Part shown: positions 12,579-25,149 of the stretch, piece after piece
Numbering within the stretch: the stretch's first letter is position 1
How the letters are laid out: each line of letters begins with the position of its first letter
Source of the DNA: Octopus sinensis
Lineage: Eukaryota
Length of the DNA stretch: 64,000 nucleotides
Assembly (NCBI RefSeq): GCF_006345805.1
Contig: NC_043001.1
Coordinates: 78,554,001 to 78,618,000 of the forward strand
Direction: 5' to 3'
Notes under the pieces: generated by a model
Databases searched by the model: none
What the model was told of the DNA's origin: nothing
The model's input: the letters and a program-made list of their open reading frames with translations, nothing else
Made by a program: the position numbers and the translations under genes

Positions 12579-12636
12579 TATCACATGCTGTTGGCAATAT
12601 CATCTTATAAGATGATATTGCCAACAGCATGTGATA
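12579..12636. repeat. Perfect 58-bp palindrome without spacer
   Basis: tatcacatgctgttggcaatatcatctta|taagatgatattgccaacagcatgtgata, centred at 12607/12608. Confidence 0.97.
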
Positions 12637-13139
12637 TTGCCACAGCATATAGTAACTAGACCGAGAGCCATTTCAACTGTTTTAGTATTAGTTAAAATCA
12701 CCTTTACCGATGCCTAAAACCATCGATATCCACTCTCCCTAGTTACTGTCAGATTCTAATTGTAAACATTTCGCGTATGTAAGGAGGTATCAATTTTTCT
12801 CATTTAGAATTTTTCGACTTAATCACTTTATCCATCTTCAACACTGAACAAAGTTGCAGACCATTAATTGTACCAGGCATACTCAAAGGTATCTTCTATA
12901 TCCTTGTTTTCAACCATTGGAAACTGCATATAAGGTATCCCGTAGAAAACTCGATTAAGAAACTTCTTTCCTCATGATTCTATTTACCGCTGCAAGAATG
13001 TTGTCCAAGAAGCTGTATTTTAAAATTTGCAGAAACTGTCTCTATATTTTAAAATAATGCATATAATTTAATTTTCATTAGAAATCCAGATCATTTGCAC
13101 AGTGTGGAGATTTCACAAGATTTGTCCAAACGACCTTAG

Positions 13140-13560
13140 CATCAGATTCAGAATTCTTCCAAGGCTGGGGTTACGTACCTTACATCTCTACACAATTCAG
13201 ACTTATTACACACAAATTCACTGCAACACATCCTTTCCTCAACAGGCACAGTGCTATTTAGTATTATTCCAAAATAAATCCAAGAAGAAAACTTGCCATC
13301 ACCCTGAAACGAAACTTGGACAAATTTCTTTAAGAAATACCCGATAAGCCACCTATATCTGAATAACATATCAGTCAACAAGAATCCTACTGCTTGAATG
13401 AACTTTGGTATCACGAAACCTGTCTTAAAAATGACTTAACAGATCCTATAAAATAGTACTATTAATCTATACATAGCTTGAGCCAATCTTAGGCCGAAAC
13501 ATACCTGAGTATCTCAGTTATAACGAGCAATTGTTAATGAGTAACAAGTTCTTAGGATTC
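13140..13560 (+). mobile_element. CR1-like LINE 3' end nested in the Tigger fossil
   Basis: TGTVLFSIIPK...KRNLDKFLKK resembles the CR1/L2 ORF2 C-terminus, and transposase homology resumes on both sides. Confidence 0.55.
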
Positions 13561-15419
13561 CCTACATTTATATATGTCATGAGGTGAGAGCACAAATTGT
13601 TTATTAAGCCCACTGAAAAAAAAATCATTTGCGATCCTTATTCTTTTGTGAAATGTTTACGCATTTACTTCTTTAAAAAGGCGGGGGTGCAGGACTTGAC
13701 CTATTACAGAATGCTTACAATAATTGTTGTCTGTTACACCATGACACCTTAGCACAATTATTCTGTTGTTGGCATCCTTCAATCGTGAAACCAATTACTT
13801 AACAGCTGCAATTGATGTTCTTCTGGGGGCAATAACGTCAGCAGACGTTTCTTTAGCATTATACACTCGCTCTACTGCTAAACTATCATTATCAACGATC
13901 TTTACAAACTCCTCAATGAATTTCTCGGCTGCTTTATTACAACCAGCAGACGCTTTATCGCAACAAATATTTAAATATTTAATGCCGTCTCTTATTGTAA
14001 TTTTTTTGTAACCAGATTTGTAAACATTCACTTAGCTTTAATATGATATTTGTTATGATACGCTTTTAATTCTTGTAGAACATCAGTCTGTTAAGCGACA
14101 CGTGTTTACTAAGACTTATAGGATTCTAATCCATCAACACGAGGTCACGTTATATTTTCTCCATACAATGATTTTTCTTTATTTCTCATTAGATTCTAAT
14201 CAACATTCTCAACATAGGATTTCAAAAGCATGTCCTGTTATTTTCTAAGGTCATAAGTACATTTTGTTTGAAACCTAGCTCTTCTGTTTGACGTTTCTGA
14301 CAAATATTAATATCGAACTTTACTTACAATTTCACGTTCTATGAGATCGATAAGCATAAAAGAGTCTTGTTTATCTTTTTATTGTTACTCAGACTATTTT
14401 GGGAATAGCCCACAACTTGCAGTCAATAATGCACACAGAAAGGCATTGCTACCTCAGATGCAGACAATTAAAAGAGACAAACATTGGGCTAGACGTATGG
14501 CCGCGACAGATAGCATCGCTTAGAACCTTTTCGAGTCCTTTCTTGCATTTCCAGTTTTAAGGCTACTTTTATTTGAAAATACATCAGGTTTTTAATAATC
14601 AGTGTTTGTGAAATCTGTAATTTCGATTTTCAGAGATTGTAATAAAGGGTTTCTTTATTTTATTCATCTTTGATTCTTGAATTCGATTCCACCATGGGAG
14701 CTAATCTTATGTATTTAAGATTTTCCGGAAATTCCTTAGTTACCTGCAGTTTTATACTTAGTCAGCATCTCTGTAAATTCCGCCTAAAATGTGTGCCTAA
14801 AATAAGTTCTTTCATTTAAGTGTTTGTCTTTCATACAAAGGGAGTCATCTAGGTAGATTAATATTTATTTTCTAGCGCTAAGTACGACATTGATCACGAA
14901 CCCTTTCATCGATGTGACGTCTGTTTTTCAAAATTAACACAATGAAATGAAAAAGGTTTTGGAAATAGGTAAATTATAGATCTTAATATTGAATTGGATG
15001 GATCTACATTGTTCTTACGGTGCAAATGTTTTGAACTAATAAATCAAAGAATTAGTGTCGTTCCGGAAAGGTAAGTAGGAAAGTAGCATTAGCTCAGGAA
15101 TAATATAATCGAGTATATGGTTACTAAAGCTACTAATATTGGTTTTGGTTGAGAAGAATGTACTAGAAGGTTTATGAGTAAAGTTTAGATTATCATTAAA
15201 TGTAATATAGGTTTGTTTAGCGCCAAAGTTTCAGCTGTCTTCTCTGTTTAGCCAAGTAACAAATCTTTTTCTTTCCTATTGAATTCACTGAAAACAAGAG
15301 TGAGAGATTTTATATGTATTAGTTTATAGAATTTGAGAAGAATGGGTGAGAAATTGTCCAAGTATCACATGGGGGTCTTATCTTTTGCCCGAATGTAAAA
15401 ATATATTCGTGCTGTCGTC

Positions 15420-15652
15420 ATTTATTTGCTTCATTCACAGAATTGTGCCCAAGCTGGGGCACTGCTTGGAAAGTTTTAGTCAAACAAGTCGACCAGAGTA
15501 CTTACTTTTAAGCCTGGTACTTATTCTATTGGTCCTTTTACCGACCCACTAAGCGGTAGGGACCTAAATACGACAACTCCGGATGCCAAACGGTGGTGGA
15601 GGACAAGTAGAAACACAAGGATACACACATACATACATCCGTATATATATAT

Positions 15653-15697
<45 letters not shown>

Positions 15698-15865
15698 CCA
15701 CCCACACATCAACGACAGGATTCTTTCAGTTTCCGCCTACCAAATCCACTAACATGGCTATGGCCGGCTCAGGACTACAGTAGAACCCACTTACCGAAGG
15801 TTTCACGCAGTGGGACTATACCTGAAGCCATGTGTTTGGGATGCAAGCTTCTTATCACAAGCATT
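15420..15865 (-). mobile_element. SINE family A, diverged full-length copy
   Basis: ctggggcactgc...cctggtacttattctat...ttctttcagtttccgcctaccaaatccact...cgcagtgggact. Confidence 0.85.
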
Positions 15866-15994
15866 TCACCATTTCCAACATAGACCATCAAAGTTTTGGA
15901 AAAGGTTATTTTGAAGGATTCGTAGGAGTTACATTGGACTTTGGTTATTGTTTCGGGTTGTGTAAATGACTTGAGTGTCTTAATATTGTCTTAA

Positions 15995-16390
15995 GGCGGC
16001 GAGCTGGCAGAATCGTTAGTACGCCGCGCGAAATGCTTAGCATTATTTCGTCTGCCGCTACGTTCTGAGTTCAAATTCCGCCGAGGTCGACATTGCCTTT
16101 CATCCTTTCGGCGTCGATTAAATAAGTGCCAGTTACGGACTGGGGTCGATATGATCGGCTTAATCCGTTTGTCTGTCCTTGTTTGTCCTCTGTGTGTTTA
16201 GCCCATTGTGGGTAGTAAAGAAATAGGTATTTCTCTCGAGGCTACGTTCTGAGTTCAAATTCCACCGAGGTCGACTTTGCCTTTCGTTTCTCGGAGGTCG
16301 ATAAATTAAATACCAGTTGCGTATTGGGGTCGATTTAATCGACTGGGCCCCTCCCCAAAATTTCAGGCCTTGTACCTAGAGTAGAAAAGA
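15995..16390 (+). mobile_element. SINE family B (tRNA head plus Nin/Deu-like domain), two tandem monomers with different tails
   Basis: aaggcggcgagctggcagaatcg...gagttcaaattccgccgaggtcgac...ccatcctttcgg-type domain occurs twice (~16070, ~16255). Domain name is from memory. Confidence 0.85.
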
Positions 16391-17616
16391 ATATTTTGCT
16401 AAGGTGCTCTTTTCTCTGTAGAAAATCGAAATATAAATTCTAAAAGAGAATGACCATATTTCTGGTAAGTAAATGTCGGAGTTTATTTTGGGTATTATGT
16501 AGTAAGAAGGTCTACAGAGAGCTGAACAGCAAGTATTTCGATCTTTAACTCTTGTAAGAAGGCCGGGTCACATGTAGGTCATAGACCTAGGATACAACAC
16601 TGCTACCAAATTCTGTATTATTGTCGATAATACCAAGATGGCTAAGGTGCTCCAGAGCCAAGGTATGTTGGGTGTGGTAACCGATGCACACTAAGACACC
16701 CTTTGACTGAAGGGTAAATTATGCCTTACTCCTCATTTACGAGATCTATTTGGAACTTTTCGCGGCTTTTCCTGTTATTGTTTTAAGAACTCTGGTTATC
16801 TTTCTTCTTATCGTAGGCAGATAACAAGTGAGTATGGTAATAACGGTTATTGTGTTTTGATTAAATACGACAATGTAACAACGTAAACAGAATATGCACG
16901 CGAACGCACGCACACACACGCACACACACACACACACACATCAGCATCTAAAATCGGCAGCATCATCACTAGTAATAGTAAGAATATTACACCAATTAGC
17001 GAAGCAATAGCAATAAAGAAGATATGCATATGTGAATGTGTGTATGTATGAGTACATATATGAGTGTGTGTATGCATGTGTATGTATATATAGACATATA
17101 AATGTATATCTATGTATTTCTCATTTTCTCTCTCTAAATATACATTTATATATGTGTGTATGTGCGTTTACATGTGTGTATGCACGTATGCCAGTGCATG
17201 CGCGTGTGCCTGTGTATGAGCTTGTGTTTGTGCATGTGTGCGTTTTAGTGTATGTGCATGCTTCTGTGTGTGTGTGTGTGTGTGTGTGTTAATAACAAAA
17301 ACTCTATCCCTGGACACCATACTAATAAGTTATTCTAAGCTTAATCCACAGCGAGGTGTACAAATCAGGATCGCTGAGATCATCTTTTTCCCAATACATC
17401 TGCGGATTATAGTGGTTTATTTTATTTCGTGATTATTATATTTTTCAGTTGATCATTTTGTTGCCATTTCAGCAAATATCTAACATTCACACAGATACTA
17501 CGCATGCGTAGGTGGGCATACGCGAGGCTGTGTGGTAAAAGGTTTGCTTCCCAATCACGACGCTTCGTGTTTAAGCCCACTGCATTGAACTTTAGCTGGT
17601 GCGTGGAAGTCTTCCC

Positions 17617-17679
<63 letters not shown>

Positions 17680-18025
17680 GTATGTATGTATGAATGTATG
17701 TATGTATCTGTGTAACATTTCTGTTTTTTGCTTTCGTCCTTGTTTCGTATATATTCGCTGCTTTCTTCCAAGGAATGTAATGCTCTTAGCCTAGTTTTCC
17801 TTGGGGCTGGCCAGATTGGAGCAATCTCGAGTATAACCGGCTGAAATTGTAAAGACAATCTGGAACTCGACTGAGGATAGAAAACACCGAATGATCTGTC
17901 CTTGCCTTCCTTGTATCGCCTGTCTGGATATTTTGTTTCCTCTAAATGTCTGGATGTTTTCCTTTCTTTCCCCACTTTTGTATTTTTGATATATAAAATA
18001 TAGCGGCGTACGTACACTTTGGCCT

Positions 18026-18083
<58 letters not shown>

Positions 18084-18448
18084 ATATATATATATCGGGA
18101 AATTACCCAGAAACAATTGGTCTACATGTATCACTGCGGCTAGAAAGGGGGCAATAGACTCTCTTGCTCCCAGTATACGGATGCAGATCATGTGTCGGTA
18201 GCCAGATGGAAAAGATATTTTCCTGGGGCTAAAATGTAACATCGTTCTACGTAGGACTGTCACATTGCGTTGGCAAATAGACTTTAATGTACAGTACTGT
18301 TACTACATATTTCTAGGTCTGAGATTTAAAACTAGTCGTTTTTCTCTCTGCCCTCTCTCTACCCCTTCTCTCTCTCTCAGTATATATATATATATATAAA
18401 ACAAAGGTATTTTATTCCACACGTATAGAAATTTAGAAAAAAATAAAC

Positions 18449-18994
18449 AGAAGTTGAAAATGCGCTGAGAATAGTTAAAATATTTTTTTATTATTTATAT
18501 TTAAAGCTTCAACTGGTTTCACAGTTAACAATGATATTCAAAAACTTCAAATACAGAGATGTGTCTTATGTCGCAGATGTCTTGCTTCTGATCAGTGTTT
18601 GAAGGGAATTCATGGCTCAAATTAGTATATGTTTTGAATTGAATTTGATTGGTAGAGGATTATTAGATGACTGGCCTTAGAAATATTTTGTAGGTTCTCC
18701 TACTACGCCAAACATTGTCACTTGATACTCACACATGGACGTAGCGGGGAACCGATAAAACTTTCTAAGACAAGTCATGTGACTATTCTCTACCAATCAA
18801 ATCCTATTCAAAACATATTAATTTGAGCTACGACCACCTTATAGAAGTAGGGCAAGCTTCAAAATCTAGTGAGAAACAAGACAGCTGCGCTATAAGCTAC
18901 GTGTTTCTATTTGAATCTTTGAAAATCAATGTAAACTGTAGAACCGGTTAAAGCTTCAAATATATTAACTATTCTCAGTGCATTTCCAACTTCT
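18449..18994. mobile_element. ~545-bp fold-back element with ~230-bp imperfect inverted arms
   Basis: agaagttgaaaatgcgctgagaatagtt pairs with aactattctcagtgcatttccaacttct, and gctcaaatta..tatgttttgaat..atttgattggtagag pairs with ctctaccaatcaaat..attcaaaacatattaatttgagc. Spacer ~18684-18761. Confidence 0.75.
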
Positions 18995-19006
18995 AATATA
19001 TGTATG

Positions 19007-19040
<34 letters not shown>

Positions 19041-19053
19041 GTATGTATGTATG

Positions 19054-19105
<52 letters not shown>

Positions 19106-19792
19106 TCATATATTATTTCATTCTTCATTCTCTCAGCTGTTGCAGTCGCTTGACCGCGGCCCTGCTGGAATACTGTCTGTAGTCGAACAAAAAAGTCCTG
19201 GGAAATAAAAGACGTGGGTAAACCTTACGGGAAAATGATGCAGTTTATGCATAGAAGAAATATTCCATATTTTCACATCTAAAAGCCAGTTGCTTAATAG
19301 TCAGCAGGAACAGGATCTAAGATGTCCGCATCATTACAGAAGACATTCAAATACTTTCATAGAAAGAATTTGTAACTAAGTAAATACCACGTAGACAAGA
19401 GGTTATAGACGTCTTTTAAATAGAAGGTAGTAGGCGTCTTTTATTATTTCTAGGTGAGTTGAAGGCAGTGAGGTGGCAAAATTCTTAGCATGATTTGTTC
19501 TGGCTTTACGCTCCGAGTTCATATTCCACCGAAGTCGAATTTACTTCCATTCTTTCGGAGTCGTTAAACTTACCCCTCCGTGTATATCCTCAGGCTCTGT
19601 GCCAAGGTTTGAAGGTGAGTTGGCAGAATCGTTACTGCGTTGGTAATGGCGGTGGCGGTTTTAGTGGTGTCAGTGGTGCTGCCAACAGTAATGGCGCCAC
19701 GGTGTCAGTGAAAATAATGGTGACACTATTATTACTTCTAAGATTCCAATTTAAAAATTCTAAGATTTCAATTTTAAAATAGAAATATCAAT

Positions 19793-20152
19793 AGGCGCAG
19801 GTGTGGCTATGTGGAAAGTAGATTGCTTACCAACCACATAGTCCCGGATTCAGTCCCACTGCGTAGCACCTTGGGCAAGTGTCTTCTATATCTTCGGGCC
19901 GACCAAAGCCTTGTGAGTGGATTTGGTAGGCGGAAACTGAAAGAAGCCCGTCGTATATATATATATATGGGGGGGGGAGGTGTAGCTTGACAACCGATGC
20001 TGGTGTGATTACGTCCCGGTAACCTAGCGGTTCGATAAAAGAGACCGATAGAATAAGTACTATGCTTACAAAGAAGAAGCTGGGTCGATTTGCTCGACTA
20101 AAGACGGTGCTCCAGCATAGCCGCAATCAAATGACTGAAACAAGTAAAAGAG
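19793..20152 (+). mobile_element. SINE family A, near full-length
   Basis: ataggcgcaggtgtggctatgtgg ... caaatgactgaaacaagtaaaagag. Confidence 0.92.
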
Positions 20153-20768
20153 TATATGTCGTCTTTGACAAGAAATGGAACAGATTCTTTGGTGAGTTCA
20201 TTTCATTATAGAATTCTAATATACATCTACCCTAGTTTACGTAACATTCTACATTTCTAATTTGATTTTGGCTATCACAGATAATCTGAAAACTAAACTG
20301 ATTCTAGTGCCTGCCCTTAATTTCAAATGGCTTAATTTAATATCTTTACAATTCTGACAATTTATAGAAGTTGACCGCAAATAGAGAATACCGTGAAAGG
20401 AAACACTACCGGAGTCATTATGATAATAAAATCTGCTATCAAATCCTGGTCGTCGGCCACTGGCATCATTATTACCAACTTCACCATTATCGACCCTACA
20501 TCCACCAACAGCATCACTATCATCATTACCAACTCTCACCACCACCAACAACAAAAGTCACTACAATAACTTCATCGCCACCACTCTCACGACGATGACC
20601 TACACCGCCACCAGCACCTTCAAGGAAACAACAAATCGATCGGCCAATCACCCAGCCAAATATTCAATCACCATTACGACTAGCAACAATAATATAGCCT
20701 TAATCGATACTTTCACCGGCACACAATCATACACACACACACGCACAGAGAAACATATATACGCATAA

Positions 20769-21090
20769 GACTCCGCCGGTTACGACGACGAGGGTCCCAG
20801 CTGATACGATCAACGGAACAGCTTGCTCGTGAAATTAACGTGCAAATGGCTGAGCATTCCACAGACACGTGTACCCTTAACGTAGTTCTCGGGGATAATC
20901 AGCGTGACACAGAGAGTGACAAGGCTGACCCTTTGAAATACAAGTACAACTCACTTTTGCCAGCTGAGTGGACTGGAGCAACGTGAAATAAAGTGTCTTG
21001 CTCAAGGACACAACGCGTCGCCGGGAATCGAACTCACAACCTTACGATCATGAGCCGAATGCCCTAACCACTAAGCCACGCGCCCTGCAC
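20769..21090 (-). mobile_element. SINE family C, full-length
   Basis: Minus head gggcgcgtggcttagtggttagggc...gagttcgattcccgg, then CORE-like gtgtccttgagcaagacacttt. Confidence 0.9.
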
Positions 21091-22044
21091 AGACGCACAC
21101 ACACGCACACACACATACACCATTCGCCGCCTTCAACTACAAGGCGAAGCCAATCTCATCGTCATTATCGCTATCTTTAAGAACAACAAGTATATTGTAG
21201 ACAAATGCAAACATCACCGTCAAAGATAATCAGCATTAAACTGCAAATGCTACTACGACCCCTAGAAGCATTTTCTCATTCAACTCCTTCCAAAATCTTC
21301 CAGAAATCAGTTCCATTTATCACCCTCGTCATAAGATTCACATTGAATTATTGTATTTGCCAGCGTATAATTCGTGCTTTATATAAATTTTCAAAAACTA
21401 CCCTGCGTCTCATATCCGCCGTATTACAGATAGTAGATGGAGTGTCATCTTCTGGGGAGCTGGATGAGAGTAAGTCTGCTCGGTACAATAATTACTATTA
21501 ATAAAAATGTACTGAAAGCAAACCAAAATATCAGTCTCAGATCAAACTTACATATATTGCATACGGTATGTCGGCAGTTATACAGAGAGGTCGCATCATA
21601 AACCAGCACCATGTTTCCCTAACCCACATCTAAAATACGCCTTACGTTATTTAAAGACTGTGTTACCTTTAAGAAACATTTTTTTTGTCTCAATAAAATA
21701 TTCTTCAATAACGACGAAACTAATATTAAACTTTCATTCGTCTGGAAGTTATTTAAGAGTGAACTGACAACAGAGTGGTGCGCCTGGTGACTGATTGCGG
21801 TTACATCTAACATGGCAGTCTGTATGGCAATTCTCTTAACAAAATATAAACAACTGCAGTTGCTGTGAGAGAGGATACAGCAGAAATACCATAATCCCAT
21901 AACGTAGTTTATTTATGATAAATTTATGGTTTCCTACATTACTCCAAGACGATATTGTATTTGCAAACACAGAGTCATGCATGTTATCATACAAACTACG
22001 TGAAAAATTCTTCAACTAGTGTATGATGAAACATATTTTAAATT

Positions 22045-22410
22045 TTACTTGTTTCAGTCTCAAACTGCGGCCATGCTGGGGCACCGCTTTAACGAATTTT
22101 AGTGGAACGAATCGACTCTAGTTCTTATTTGCATTTTAAGCTTGGTACTACTATATCCGTCTGTTTTCTCGAACCGCTAAGTTACTGGGACGTAAACACA
22201 CCAGCACCGGTTGTCAAGCGGTAGGTGGGAGGACAAACGGACACAAAGATAGATGCAAACGCACATAGATATAAACAGATACATGTATACGACGGACTTA
22301 TTTCAGTATCCGTCTACGAAATTAACTCACAAAGATTTGACTGGCCCAAAGTTACAGTAGAAGACAATTGCCCAAGGTGCTGCACAGTGGGGCTGAATTC
22401 GAAACCATAC
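22045..22410 (-). mobile_element. SINE family A
   Basis: tacttgtttcagtc...ctgcggccatgctggggcaccgc...ggacgtaaacacaccagcaccggttgtcaagc...ttgcccaaggtgc. Confidence 0.88.
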
Positions 22411-23599
22411 CTTTTTAAAAATTTCACAAAATATTCTTGTAAAGCAGGAGTGGTTCTTTTGCGAGGGCGCGTCTAATACGCCGGCAAATGCAGTACGTGG
22501 TTTTGGATTCTCTGCACACCGAAAAACAGATAAATTGGTCAAGACTGGAATGCTTTTTATCATATAGATCTGCTCCATCAGCTTTGACCTAAACTTCAAC
22601 CTACCCCTAGCACAGACTGAACTAGCTGCCATACCCATCAAGAGAACCACTGCTTCTACCACTAAAATAACATTAATCTCACCATAAAGAAACACCCCAG
22701 CGCCGCCACGAGTACCACTGTTGCACGTAGAGCAACGATCGTTACCATGGGTTATAGTTATAACTGCAAAAGCCAGCATCAACACAACCATAGTCGCCAA
22801 GCGAGTCACCTCAGGATCAAGGAAACCTCTTCGGTCCTACGAGCAATTTTCATCTCCATAATAACGTATAAAAGCGCACATTTGCTGCGAAAATTCCTAA
22901 GCATGTAACTTATATTGAAATACTGCGACCATGCTGCAGCACCCCTATGAAGGGTTTAGTTGAACAAATAGATCCCAATATAAAAAAAAGAACAGTACTT
23001 ATTTCATCGCTCTGTTTCGCTTAAATATCTTTTCAATAGTTTATTATTTTACAATATTTTGATTCTACTTTATTTTACTAGGTAGCATAAGGTTCTTTGT
23101 TAAATCTTCATTTTTATAGCACACAGTGTGGTATAACTGCCATGAATCTCTGCCATGTTGCTAAGCTACGTTGTAGCAGCAACATCAACCGCAAGTATAA
23201 CGAAAGAAATAAAAAAAAATAAAACGGTATTAATTTATATGTTGTATCAATAAATTAACAGCCATTAATTAATCGGAAAATGATATTTTTGTTTACCACC
23301 ATTTTGTCTCAGTTTATCAACAGCAAAAAATGTTATTCATTAATTTCTAAAATTTGTTGTTGATCATTAAATTTATTTCGTTCTTCTGATTGTAGTCGTT
23401 GTGGTAGTAGTTGTAGCTGTTGTGATTGCTGTCAGTCAACCCAGATACACCAGATGTATAGGAAAATGTTTTTCAACCGTGAACACATTACCAGCTTTGT
23501 ATACCAGAGAGTATGCCGACATTTTGAAAGTGAATAGGATGTAAACTGAGGGAAATCTGACTACTATTGCCAACATTTCGCGCATCTATTTAAAGATGT

Positions 23600-23684
23600 T
23601 GTAGTTGTTGTTGTTGTTGTTGTTGTTGTTGTGTTGTTGTTGTTGTTGTTCTTCTTCTTCTTCTTCTTCTTCTTCTTCTTCTTC

Positions 23685-23732
<48 letters not shown>

Positions 23733-23806
23733 TTCATCTTCTTCTTCTTCTTCTTTCTTCTTCTTCTTCTTATTATTATTATTATTTTTATTATTATTAC
23801 TATTAC

Positions 23807-23837
<31 letters not shown>

Positions 23838-23941
23838 GTTGTTGTTGTTGTTGTTGTTGTTATTATTATTATTATTTTTATTATTATTATCATTATTATT
23901 ATTATTATCATCATTATTATTATTATTGTTATTATTATCGT
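23600..23941. repeat. Compound trinucleotide microsatellite (GTT/CTT/CAT/TTA)
   Basis: Seen directly. Confidence 0.97.
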
Positions 23942-24935
23942 ATGAAACCTCACAGCTTATTTTGCTGAGTATGATGGAAAGTGTTAGCTGTCCACAGCCA
24001 CAAGACTAAGGTGACCCTTGTTTATTGGTCATACTTCAAGAACCCTGCGAAGAATTATAGTAGTTCCAAGCACACTTGCAACGACCTTTTTCAGCGATCC
24101 TGGAAGTTGAGTACTGATGCTTCCAACTGCATTAGTTACTATTGGTATCACCGTCTACTCTCCTCATTATCCAAAACGTTCGTAGTTCCCCACATGAAAT
24201 CGTCATAGTTGCTTATTTTTTCTTCTTCTTTCACATTGATCTTGTTGTCACCGGGGCATGCTATGTCGATTATCATACATGTTCTTTCTTTTTTATCCAT
24301 CACAACAATGTCCGGTTTCCGATGTCTGGTCGGTTGATCGCACTGGATCATTGCATCCCACAGGATTTTGCCATTCTCATTTTCGGTGACTCCTTCAGTA
24401 GTTTTCTCATACCACATCTTTGCTCTTTGTAGGCCATGCTCTCCACAGAGATTCCAATGGATCATTCTTGCCACATTGTCATAACGTCTTTTGCATTTGC
24501 GTTGTGCCAATTTCGGGCATTCGCTATCGATGTGCCATACCATTTCATTTCTTTCACCACACATTCTGCATTTGTCGCTATCGGTAGTGTTGTCTATTCT
24601 GCACTTCATATAGTTGGTCCTTAACGCTTGTTCCTGAGCTGCGCATATAATGGCTTGTCTCTCTCTTCAGGTCACTCCTCCTCATCCATAGCCATGAGTC
24701 TTCTGTGTCTGTTTTGGCGTTCACATCTCTTGCAAACTGAACGTACGTTTTCTTTTCCTTTTATGCTTTTTCTTTTTTTTTGTTCATTTCTTGTTTAAAT
24801 TTTTCTTTAGTTACAAAATGTTCAGTGTTGATGTCGCCGGCCTTCTTTATATCTTCTGAAATTCTCCTTTATTGTTTATTTCGTCTACTATCCGGCGCTC
24901 ATCTGTTCTGTTCAGTAGTTCTCAATCCCATCCTT
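23942..24935 (-). mobile_element. R4/Dong-type retrotransposon 3' fragment (CCHC knuckle, restriction-like endonuclease, 3' UTR)
   Basis: ORF 24148-24609: CRMCGERNEMVWHIDSEC, KILWD, RKPDIVV...IIDIACP, followed by VLGTTIILRRVLEV*. The 3' end abuts (TAA)n on the minus strand. Confidence 0.9.
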
Positions 24936-24941
24936 TCTGCA

Positions 24942-24942
24942 A

Positions 24943-24988
<46 letters not shown>

Positions 24989-25050
24989 GATGATGATAAT
25001 GATTATGATGATGGTGATGATGATGATGATAATAATAATAATAACAATAA

Positions 25051-25096
<46 letters not shown>

Positions 25097-25117
25097 TATT
25101 ATTATTATTATTATTAT

Positions 25118-25149
<32 letters not shown>

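Larger units (their letters stand above)
12300..14520 (-). mobile_element. Tigger/pogo (Tc1-mariner superfamily) DNA transposon fossil, DDE transposase pseudogene
   Basis: Minus-strand remnants RDGIKYLNICCDKASAGCNKAAEKFIEEFVKIVDNDSLAVERVYNAKETS (YNADET-like), SFLDNILAAVNR...DTLYAVSNG and YLLTYAK, in pogo/Tigger order. TIRs not confidently located. Confidence 0.85.

Noticed and set aside
17860-17905. CTGAGGA...CCGAAT...GTC motif in a TA-flanked cassette
   Set aside because: GAAT instead of GAAA, stem II unpaired and no stem I complementarity.
21020-21090. tRNA-like cloverleaf with CAT loop (also ~52990-53067, 15995-16085 and 25792-25845)
   Set aside because: These are SINE heads: they continue into SINE bodies and lack a proper acceptor stem.
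21430-21469. Possible 40-nt exon (tacag|...|gtaagt)
   Set aside because: Splice-like dinucleotides alone are expected by chance in 64 kb, with no homology or partner exons visible.
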